Shown here one piece after another: positions 45,891 to 53,548 of a DNA stretch of 53,548 nucleotides. The notes beneath the pieces were generated by a model. It saw only the letters and a list, made by a program, of their open reading frames with translations, was not told the origin of the DNA and ran no database searches. The stretch comes from a virus (taxonomy: Duplodnaviria; Caudoviricetes). Every line of letters starts with the position of its first letter. The first letter of the stretch is position 1. A program made the position numbers and the translations under genes. Location of the stretch: IMG/VR virus record IMGVR_UViG_3300048586_000904, positions 1 through 53,548 of that record; one strand, written 5' to 3'.

Positions 45891-48709
45891 TTCTTGCCTT
45901 TCCCCTTTCCGGTCATTTCCGTATAGAGCTGGAAGAGCGTTTCGAGCCGTTCGGTGTCGTTCTTGAAGCGGCGGCCGATGTAGATGCGTTCGAGCGTTTC
46001 GTCATTCCGATCGTGAGCGGCTCGAAGGTCTTCCGGCATCTGATCGGGATCGTAAAGGTCCGCGATCGTCGAAGGCCAGTGGGCTTCGCGAGCGAGAAGG
46101 ATGTTTTCTGCACAGCGACTTAGATCTGCTCTGTTCTCGTCGGTAAGAGGAGGAACAGGAAACGTATTCCAGCCTAAAACATTTGAGAAACGATAGTCCG
46201 TCTTGAACTTTCCACAAACGGTTGCGATCCAAACAAAGTGCAGTTTGGAATTCAGTAACGCGATAGCATCCAGCGATGGATAATACATAGCAAATGCAAG
46301 ATTCGTTATGATGCTTCCGGGAGGCAGCAAACCAGTCGGAATGTATTCCCTGTTTTCAGACGTCAGCGTCGGAATCAATGCGATGCGTTCATCTCCAGAC
46401 TGCTTTACCTCATCAAAACGATGGGGTGTGACTGCGGCTTTTCTCGTCGCAGCTTTCGGGCTGTTGCTCCGCATTTCTGCGACTGCATTTATTCTCGATT
46501 CGATGGCCGGAATCGAACGCGCTAAATCGACATCATCGTCGGATATCCAAAGACAATGGCGAACTTTTCCATTGGTATACTCATCCGCTCCATAGACTCT
46601 CAATACAAAGTCGGTTGCCGCTGGGTCGGCAAGCTGTAATCTACGCTTAGCGTCCACACTGATCAGAAGATGGCCACCATCGACCGGTTTTCCACCAGCG
46701 TCGACCACTGAAACTCTGCTGATAGGCTCCCTGCGCTTCTCAACAATTACATCCTCTGCCGGAACAAGATAGGCGTTTATGTTTGTAACGACTCTCGCGT
46801 TGTCTTCACCATTGTCTCCGATAGAGTAGAGGATCTTTGGCCGTGTGAGAGATTTTGCAAGGCCCACGATGATCACAGTCACGCCGGCGTTGTGCGAAGC
46901 CAAATTAGCCCACTTAAATGATGTGTGGGCAAAAGCAATTTGGTGAGAGTGTCTTTGGATGAGCGGCCAGAGCAGCGACACCTGCTGTCCTTGGCAAATT
47001 GAATTGGTCGCCACAAACGCGGTTACGGTTTCGGTCGACTTTCCGTATTCAACTGCCTTCATGAACCAGCCAGCAACGTAATCGAGTGATTTCCACTGGT
47101 TAGTTCGACTTGCAAAAACTTGTTGCAAGTCATCTTTTTGGTTCTTCGTTTGCCAAGTCGATCCGAGATACGGCGGGTTGCCACAGATATATGTCTCCCC
47201 TCCTTCGTTCTCGAAATCGATCTCAGTTTGATCGAGCGGCGTTTGGAAAAGATCATCCTCAACTAGTTTGACGCCGCCTTTTCCTGTCGGCGGACAAACC
47301 TTCAACCAATCCAAACGAAGTGCGTTGCCGTGGGTGATCCAGTTCTCTTTATTGAGAGGCAGGAACTCTGCAAGCGCTAGGCGTTGGCCTCGATACAGTT
47401 CGTCGCATTGGTACTCGGCGATGATGAGTGCCAAGCGAGCAATTTCAACTGCGAAGTGCCTTAGTTCGATGCCGCGAAAGTTGGTGAGCGGAATTTCTGA
47501 GGCCCGATCCGGCTCTCCCCGCAGGATATTGATCTCGGCTTCAATTTTGCGCATCTCTTTGTACGCAATCACCAGAAAGTTGCCGCTTCCGCAAGCCGGA
47601 TCGAAGACGCGAATGCGAGCCAATCGCTTGCGAAGATTGAGTAGCTTACGCGGATTCTTGCCTGCTTCCTTCAGTTGAGCATGCAGATCATCAAGGAACA
47701 GAGGATTCAAGACCTTTAAGATGTTCGGCACGCTCGTGTAGTGCATGCCCAAAGCGCCACGCTCCTCGTCGTCAGCAACAGCCTGAATCATCGAGCCAAA
47801 TATGTCGGGATTGATCTGTGTCCAATCGAGCGAGCCAATGTGCAGCAGGTAAGACCGTGCAATCTGCGTGAACTTTGGAACCGTGCCTCCTTCGGAAGTC
47901 GAGCTGTTACTTCCAAACAATCCACCATTGACGTAAGGGAACTGGCCTGCCCATGGACGCAGTTTGGCCGCGTCGCGTGCTTTCATCGGCACATCCATAG
48001 CGCGGAAGATTTCGGCAAGAACAAAGTCCGTGTTCTCACCGCTCGGGTCGCTCATCTGGCGAACGGTCTCGGTAAAGAGCGCGTTGCCGTTGAAGATCCC
48101 GGTATCTTCCGCGAAGAAGCAGAAAATCAATCTCGCGAAGAAATGGTTGAGCTCTTCCCGACGTTCGTCCCCGTCCCAGTCTGGATTGTTGCGTAGCAGT
48201 TCAACGTACAAGCGATTCAGTCGCCCTGTGGCCTTGATATCGAAGGCGTTCTCGCGGATCTGCCGAACGGTCGAGATCCCAGCAAGCTCCAGGAAGTAAC
48301 CAAAGTGGTCAGCCAGCTCCTTGAACTCGCACACCAAGGGCTGCTCTTCGGAGTTCAGGCACTCCGCGTGAACCGTATTCCCATCCGTTGCCAGCGCGAA
48401 CTTCGCTTTGTGTTTGCTTGAAGCAGGGCTGTCAACAAGACGCTTTAGTAGGTTAGCGACAGCGTCGGCGCCACCGGTGCCACCCGCAGAGCACGTGGCG
48501 ATGTGAATGTTATTCCGCTGAAGGACGGCATGAATTCCTTCGCCGACGATGTCCGTCTTATTCGTCGAATTCTTTCCGACGCTGCGTAGTCGCTGAAGGG
48601 TCGCAGTCTTGTTGCCGAACGCCTCCAACAAAGCGTACGAGAACTCGGCCGCGTTGAACGGCTCTTCGACCAGCTTACTGACTGCTTCTTCGATCTCGAC
48701 CGCGTTCAA
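45887..48709 (-). CDS. YeeA/MmeI-like N6-adenine DNA methyltransferase with target-recognition domain
   Basis: FPYVNGGLF, GMHYT, FDPACGSGNFL and GNPPY motifs; TTG start after GGAG. Confidence 0.9.
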   Translation of the reverse strand: MNAVEIEEAVSKLVEEPFNAAEFSYALLEAFGNKTATLQRLRSVGKNSTNKTDIVGEGIHAVLQRNNIHIATCSAGGTGGADAVANLLKRLVDSPASSKHKAKFALATDGNTVHAECLNSEEQPLVCEFKELADHFGYFLELAGISTVRQIRENAFDIKATGRLNRLYVELLRNNPDWDGDERREELNHFFARLIFCFFAEDTGIFNGNALFTETVRQMSDPSGENTDFVLAEIFRAMDVPMKARDAAKLRPWAGQFPYVNGGLFGSNSSTSEGGTVPKFTQIARSYLLHIGSLDWTQINPDIFGSMIQAVADDEERGALGMHYTSVPNILKVLNPLFLDDLHAQLKEAGKNPRKLLNLRKRLARIRVFDPACGSGNFLVIAYKEMRKIEAEINILRGEPDRASEIPLTNFRGIELRHFAVEIARLALIIAEYQCDELYRGQRLALAEFLPLNKENWITHGNALRLDWLKVCPPTGKGGVKLVEDDLFQTPLDQTEIDFENEGGETYICGNPPYLGSTWQTKNQKDDLQQVFASRTNQWKSLDYVAGWFMKAVEYGKSTETVTAFVATNSICQGQQVSLLWPLIQRHSHQIAFAHTSFKWANLASHNAGVTVIIVGLAKSLTRPKILYSIGDNGEDNARVVTNINAYLVPAEDVIVEKRREPISRVSVVDAGGKPVDGGHLLISVDAKRRLQLADPAATDFVLRVYGADEYTNGKVRHCLWISDDDVDLARSIPAIESRINAVAEMRSNSPKAATRKAAVTPHRFDEVKQSGDERIALIPTLTSENREYIPTGLLPPGSIITNLAFAMYYPSLDAIALLNSKLHFVWIATVCGKFKTDYRFSNVLGWNTFPVPPLTDENRADLSRCAENILLAREAHWPSTIADLYDPDQMPEDLRAAHDRNDETLERIYIGRRFKNDTERLETLFQLYTEMTGKGKGKK

Positions 48710-48821
48710 CCGTTCGCTCCATCAATTGGGTGATTCTGAGAAATGACCTCCAAGCATGGCCACATGTTGCCTGCAAGCTGCTACAATCCTACAATGCTAG
48801 CCTCACTGGAACAAGCAGGGA

Positions 48822-49187
48822 ATGAAGATGAACAAGTTCGGCGACCGAATTCGTGAACTCCGCAAGGCAAAAGGCTATTCCCTCCGCCAACTGGCTCCGT
48901 TGGTCGGCGTTGGGTTTTCGTATCTGAGCAAAGTCGAGAACGACAAACTCGACTTCGAGGGCACGGCGTCCGAGTCGCTGATCCACCGCCTTGCGGACGT
49001 CCTGGAGGCGGACGAAGAGGAGCTATTGCTGCTCGCCCACCACGTCCCCAAGCGCATTGCTGACCGGATTATTGAGCAACCGGAGGTATTTAGGGCTCTA
49101 GCAACGCTTAATTCAGATGAACTTCAACGAGTGGCCGAGCAAGTGGCGAAGTACACGCTGCGGTCCGAAACGCTAACGCCAAAATGA
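48822..49187 (+). CDS. XRE-family HTH regulator
   Basis: FGDRIRELRKAKGYSLRQLA...SYLSKVEN. Confidence 0.9.
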   Translation: MKMNKFGDRIRELRKAKGYSLRQLAPLVGVGFSYLSKVENDKLDFEGTASESLIHRLADVLEADEEELLLLAHHVPKRIADRIIEQPEVFRALATLNSDELQRVAEQVAKYTLRSETLTPK

Positions 49188-49303
49188 CTCCACATTTGTA
49201 CTATCGCATTTTTTATTGAACCAGAGTGCGGCTCCGGATGTCTGTAGCCCAAACTGAAAATTGATGCAAGCAGCAAAGACCTTCCCGGAATAATGAGTAA
49301 TCC

Positions 49304-50635
49304 ATGAATGACCAAAGAACCAAAGCTTTGCCGGATGCACTTGAGCCGCCAATTCAGCTCTCCAGTGATCAGTCGCAGTACGTGTTTTGGGAAGGTGACA
49401 CAGTTCTCCGTCAAGACACACGCTCACAAGCAGGGAAAGCGAAGATCATCTTTTGCATGCACCCGGCACCTGAATTTAGGTTTGAGTTTGTTCCTCACAA
49501 AACTCCTGATTTCTTGGAGGCTTGGTTCGAATCTGGATTGAGCGACGCGACGTTCGACTGCGGCGAGCCTTTCGGAGAGGTGGTATGTAAGGTTACAAAC
49601 TCTGGAAGCGAAATCTCCGGGTATCTTGATTCGCAATCAAACCAGATTGGCGAAAGCTCAGTTGCTCTCAAGGCTGTGTTTGTCGTCATCAACGGGCCGC
49701 ATGCGCACGGCGAACCATTGAACCGAGGGAAGCATTCCTATTTAGGGAGACTCGAATCAACTGTAGACGATCACAAGATCGTAATCGACGCACTTCAAAG
49801 TGAACCGACACCGCGTAGCGTTGTGTACGAACCAACTCATGTAGCAAGCTGCGAGTTCATTGACCCAGCGAACTTAGAGAGTATCGAACAGGTGGGTTCG
49901 CACTTGTTTCGGGTTCTCAGCTTGATGAAATGTCGATGGGTCGGTCTCCTCGGACCTTGGATCTACGATTCCTCGGGAAATCTCATTCAAACCCGCTTAT
50001 CTGTTACCAAGACAATGCGAAACGGTGGAGCAATTTCCTGGTATCATCAGATGATGCGATCTTCGTTCAGCGATTTTTACAAATCGATGTATTGTTCGTT
50101 TCAAGACAATACACGTGGACCTGCATTGCAAACGGCAAGCCACTGGCTGGTTGAGTCCGAACAGTGCGCAGGCGGCGTTGAGGGAGCTATTATCCTGCAA
50201 CAGTCTTCCCTTGAATGTCTGGCTTGGCTTGAGATTGTATTGGTTAGAAGGCTTTGCAGTGAATCTGGATTCAAGTCACTGCCAGCGAGCGACAAAATAC
50301 GCTGGCTGCTGTCTCTAAACAATATCAGCTGCGACATTCCCCAAAAATCAGCTGCGATTGGCGCCTATGCCAAAGCGTTCAACCTCGCGAATTTAGTCGA
50401 AGTGCTAGCGGATGTACGAAATGCATTGGTACATGCCGAACCCAAAAAAGCGGAGCGTCTTTTCAGCCGCACCAACGGTGCCGAAGAACGCGGTGACCTT
50501 TGGTATCAGACAGGAGGAATCCTACAGCAGGCGTTTCTCGCTTCTATCGGCTATACCGGCAAGATGCTTCGCCGCGATGTTGACTGCGAATACGTAACGC
50601 AAGCGACGAAACTCGTCCCTTGGGCGGGAAATTGA
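49304..50635 (+). CDS. ApeA/YopA-like HEPN-domain protein
   Basis: C-terminal RNALVH (R-x4-H) after QSSLECLAW and DKIRWLL helices; beta-rich N-terminus. Confidence 0.65.
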   Translation: MNDQRTKALPDALEPPIQLSSDQSQYVFWEGDTVLRQDTRSQAGKAKIIFCMHPAPEFRFEFVPHKTPDFLEAWFESGLSDATFDCGEPFGEVVCKVTNSGSEISGYLDSQSNQIGESSVALKAVFVVINGPHAHGEPLNRGKHSYLGRLESTVDDHKIVIDALQSEPTPRSVVYEPTHVASCEFIDPANLESIEQVGSHLFRVLSLMKCRWVGLLGPWIYDSSGNLIQTRLSVTKTMRNGGAISWYHQMMRSSFSDFYKSMYCSFQDNTRGPALQTASHWLVESEQCAGGVEGAIILQQSSLECLAWLEIVLVRRLCSESGFKSLPASDKIRWLLSLNNISCDIPQKSAAIGAYAKAFNLANLVEVLADVRNALVHAEPKKAERLFSRTNGAEERGDLWYQTGGILQQAFLASIGYTGKMLRRDVDCEYVTQATKLVPWAGN

Positions 50636-50654
50636 ATGCTAAGGAAGGAAACGA

Positions 50655-51530
50655 ATGAGCACTTCGCGCGATGCAGTTCGAGCAATGTGCATGGCAATTA
50701 AGCAGTACCTCGATGGCGTGACAGGAGTTGTTCTTGCTTGGCCTGCTGCGCCAGCTACGGACTCCGTGGCGGCTAAGGAAGCCATATCCACAAGCCGTAT
50801 TGTAATGATGGCTGCATCCCATGCCGCGCTTTCAATTGAGGATGGCGGTGACCACCTCATCGGACTGACTAAGCTTGTTGTTGAGCTAGCGACCGCTACC
50901 GCTTGTTTCACATGCATTAGATCGATGCTAGAAAGCTGTGCTATCGGAGGTTGGCTAGTTGACCCGGACACAGACCCTTTTAAGCGACAGGCACGAGTGT
51001 TTGCGTTCAAATGAAGTGGAATACTTGAATGCCGCAAGTTTGCGTCATGTATTGCTGACTCGGCAATGGAATTAGAGTTCGATAAGGAGATCATTCTTCT
51101 TGAGCAAGAAGCGACAGCGGCAGGATTCTCGCTGACCGTTCCCCCAGATAGCAAAAGTGGGATTGGAATTAAAATGCCTGGAGCAACGGAGATGATCCGA
51201 GATGTCTTGGGGCTAGATGAAAACTATCGTTTGCTTTCCGGTATTGCTCATGGTCACCAGTGGGCTCGCCAGATTATGTACAAGCAAAACGGGCCAGCAC
51301 AGGTAGCAGGTACTTAGTGTGTTCTGCTGACGAAGACGCTTTCCACCGAGTCGTTCATGTTGATCATCCACAGTGGATTCTTAGCTCTTACAAAATTGCT
51401 ATAGAATCGAAACTGCTTTTGGGGGACCGATAAAGATCAGCTTGAAGAGTTGGTGGAGAACGCTGCAGATCAGTTACAGATCAAGTTGCAGAACCGATTT
51501 TGGCGATCGACAGCAAGCGTCGAAAATTAG
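50655..51530 (+). pseudogene. Interrupted DUF5677/HEPN-like gene
   Basis: One reading frame with internal stops TGA 51012, TAG 51315 and TAG 51402; motifs IRSMLE and YRLLSGIAHG. Confidence 0.65.
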
Positions 51531-51548
51531 ACCTGTCGTCGGTCCTGA

Positions 51549-51977
51549 TTAATGGCCTAACCATGTTGCGGAGACTCTGTACTTTTGGTTTTCAAATAGC
51601 GCAACCTGCTTTTTCCAGCATTTTTCGCTTGCAACTTTTTGCAGTGCACGAAGGTCTAGTTGTTCTGGAAAGCAAGATGTAAATAAGAGTGATTCTTGTA
51701 TCTCAGGTGCTAAGAGCCGTAGGTTCATGATCTGCGTAACACGGGCTCTTGTCACGTGCCCGAGGCGGGCGAGGTCGGCGTAGTCGGTGACGACGCCTTG
51801 CCGGATCAGATCCTCGAAATGGATCGCAAGAGCCATGTATCGCGAGATGCGTGGGATTCGTTCGAGTGTTGGCTTGGATTCTTCCGATTGGGATGCCCCT
51901 TCGACGATTCGCTTCTTGGCTCCACGGCCGCGTTGCTTGATGGAGAACTGAAAGTCGACGCTTACTGGCTTGCTCAT
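51549..51977 (-). CDS. Recombinase-associated HTH protein
   Basis: DYADLARLGHVTRARVTQIMNLRLLAPEIQE; ATGA overlap with the recombinase. Confidence 0.8.
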   Translation of the reverse strand: MSKPVSVDFQFSIKQRGRGAKKRIVEGASQSEESKPTLERIPRISRYMALAIHFEDLIRQGVVTDYADLARLGHVTRARVTQIMNLRLLAPEIQESLLFTSCFPEQLDLRALQKVASEKCWKKQVALFENQKYRVSATWLGH

Positions 51978-53548
51978 GATGCGGCCTCCACAAGTTCAGG
52001 ACGGTTCTCCATGGCGATCGTCTTGATGCCATTGGGATGGAAGGTAATGGTCACGCGCCCCGTCGCTCCGTCGTAATCGATCTGCTTTACGATCAACTGT
52101 ACGATCCTTGATTGCTCGCGGACTGTAAGCGATTCCCAGATTGGTTCGAAGCTGGTCAATGCGTTGACCACATCTTCGCGGGTTAGCGTCTGGGCCTGCA
52201 GCGCCGTCAGCTTCGCGCTTACGATCGCATGCCGATGCTCGGCGCGACGGAGACTCTCGTGCCAGTCGGCTAATTGTTCCAGAGAAGTTGCATCCGGCGA
52301 GCCTGGCTTAATCTTGGGAGCGGCAACCCGGATGGCTTCATTCCAGTACTCCAGTTCTTTCACAAGCTCGTCCCGTTCGGCCACAAGTGCCCCCATTTCA
52401 CGCTCAGATTGGATCTTGGCTTGTTCCACCACCTCGTCGACGAGTGCCGCGTCGTGGCCAACGTGGCGTATCTTGTCGACGACAAACTTCTCGATCTCAG
52501 CGGCCGGCACCGACTTGGACTTGCAGTTCTTCCAGCCACGCTTCTGGGCCTTCATGCAAACGTAGTAGCGGTAGCGTTTCGATCCGTTCTTGGTCGTGTG
52601 CGTCGGCGTCATTGAGCAGTCGCAGCAAGCGCATCGCAGGATTCCTTTGAGCATCGCCCCGAATTTGTTTCTCACCTCAACGCCACCAGTTCGGCCGTTG
52701 CGTCTCAGAAGCGATTGAACCTTCTGCCATACTTCCGGTGAAATGATCGCATCATGCTCTCCTTCGTTTACTTCGTCTTTGTAGCCAAGCTTGCCGATGT
52801 AGGTCACGTTGGTGAGGAGTCGGAACAGCGTCGCTTTGGTAAACGGCGAGCCGCCCCGGAGCGTTCCCTTCTTCGTTTTCCATGACTTATTGTTCCAGCC
52901 ACGGTTGTCGAGCTCAGCAATCGTCGCCATGATCGATTCGCGTTCCAAGTAAAGATCGTAGATCGCCCTGACTCTACTGGCCTCGACCTCATTGATTCGA
53001 AGCTTGCCACCTTGCGGCTCGATGTCGTATCCAAGCAGCGGCATGCCACCAGACCATTTGCCTTTGCGTCGCGCCGCAGCGATCTTGTCGCGTGTTCGCT
53101 CCGAGATCAGCTCGCGTTCAAACTGGGCGAACGACAGCAGCACGTTGAGCATCAGCCGCCCCATCGAGTTGGTCGTGTTGAACTGTTGCGTCACGCTGAC
53201 AAATGCGACCTGGTTGCGTTCGAAGACTTCCAGCATGCGAGCGAAGTCCATCAGCGATCGGCTCAGGCGGTCGACCTTGTAGACGACCACGCAGTTCACC
53301 TTGCCGGCTTCGATATCCGCCAGCAATTGCTTGAGCGCCGGACGATCCATATTGCCACCAGTGAAACCACCGTCGTCATAACGATCGGGCACGCAATGCC
53401 AGCCTTCCTGCGTTTGGCTTTTGATGTACGCTTCGGCGCATTCGCGCTGGGCGTCAAGCGAGTTGAATTCCTTGTCGAGACCCTCGTCTGTGGACTTGCG
53501 GGTGTAGATCGCACAGTTCAATTGGCGATTGATGTTGGCCTTGTTCAT
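51974..53548 (-). CDS. Large serine recombinase (integrase)
   Basis: CAIYTRKST catalytic Ser, VYKVDRLSRS, recombinase domain, zinc ribbon (CACC...YYVC...C) and coiled coil. Confidence 0.95.
   Translation of the reverse strand: MNKANINRQLNCAIYTRKSTDEGLDKEFNSLDAQRECAEAYIKSQTQEGWHCVPDRYDDGGFTGGNMDRPALKQLLADIEAGKVNCVVVYKVDRLSRSLMDFARMLEVFERNQVAFVSVTQQFNTTNSMGRLMLNVLLSFAQFERELISERTRDKIAAARRKGKWSGGMPLLGYDIEPQGGKLRINEVEASRVRAIYDLYLERESIMATIAELDNRGWNNKSWKTKKGTLRGGSPFTKATLFRLLTNVTYIGKLGYKDEVNEGEHDAIISPEVWQKVQSLLRRNGRTGGVEVRNKFGAMLKGILRCACCDCSMTPTHTTKNGSKRYRYYVCMKAQKRGWKNCKSKSVPAAEIEKFVVDKIRHVGHDAALVDEVVEQAKIQSEREMGALVAERDELVKELEYWNEAIRVAAPKIKPGSPDATSLEQLADWHESLRRAEHRHAIVSAKLTALQAQTLTREDVVNALTSFEPIWESLTVREQSRIVQLIVKQIDYDGATGRVTITFHPNGIKTIAMENRPELVEAAS

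Larger units (their letters stand above)
1..53548. mobile_element. Temperate siphovirus-like prophage; both ends probably lie outside the window
   Basis: Integrase, replication, packaging, head and tail modules are present in order. Confidence 0.92.

Noticed and set aside
25194-51530. Stop-codon reassignment explaining the two interrupted genes
   Set aside because: Internal stops include TAA, TAG and TGA, and all three end normal genes elsewhere in the window.
1-53548. att sites, tRNA/rRNA genes, IS elements, reverse transcriptase/DGR, invertible tail-fibre segments
   Set aside because: None recognised by eye; the element boundaries appear to lie outside the window.

Overview
The window holds most of one temperate siphovirus-type prophage or integrative element, transcribed mainly on the minus strand. 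The host is probably a Planctomycete (inferred from the protein families; not verified). From right to left it carries: a large serine recombinase; a defence/accessory island (HEPN-like gene, HEPN-like pseudogene, XRE regulator, yeeA-rhuM-yeeB-yeeC-like module, TcmP/DUF5131 pair, HipA-like kinase); a phage ECF-type sigma factor; recombination and replication genes (PD-(D/E)XK nuclease, AAA_24 ATPase, DUF669, RusA, primase-helicase, iteron-rich origin); a lambda-like cos candidate; a ParB-methylase; a 4 kb counter-oriented (+ strand) cassette; terminase, lambda-type portal and a protease-capsid fusion; a lipoprotein-peptidase/membrane trio; tail genes with a collagen fibre; and finally a Ser/Gly-rich protein and a GT71-like glycosyltransferase. 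The most unusual signal is the counter-oriented cassette. All eight + strand genes share one reading frame, all seven spacers are multiples of 3, and one 1337-codon antisense ORF runs from an SD just after the methylase stop to an ATGA overlap with the small terminase gene. This looks like a translation bridge kept open across inserted cargo. The cassette also contains a type II hammerhead ribozyme and three copies of a promoter-like motif. A 40-bp bipartite motif occurs twice and is a candidate promoter for the phage sigma factor. All family names come from recognising motifs by eye; no database search was run.
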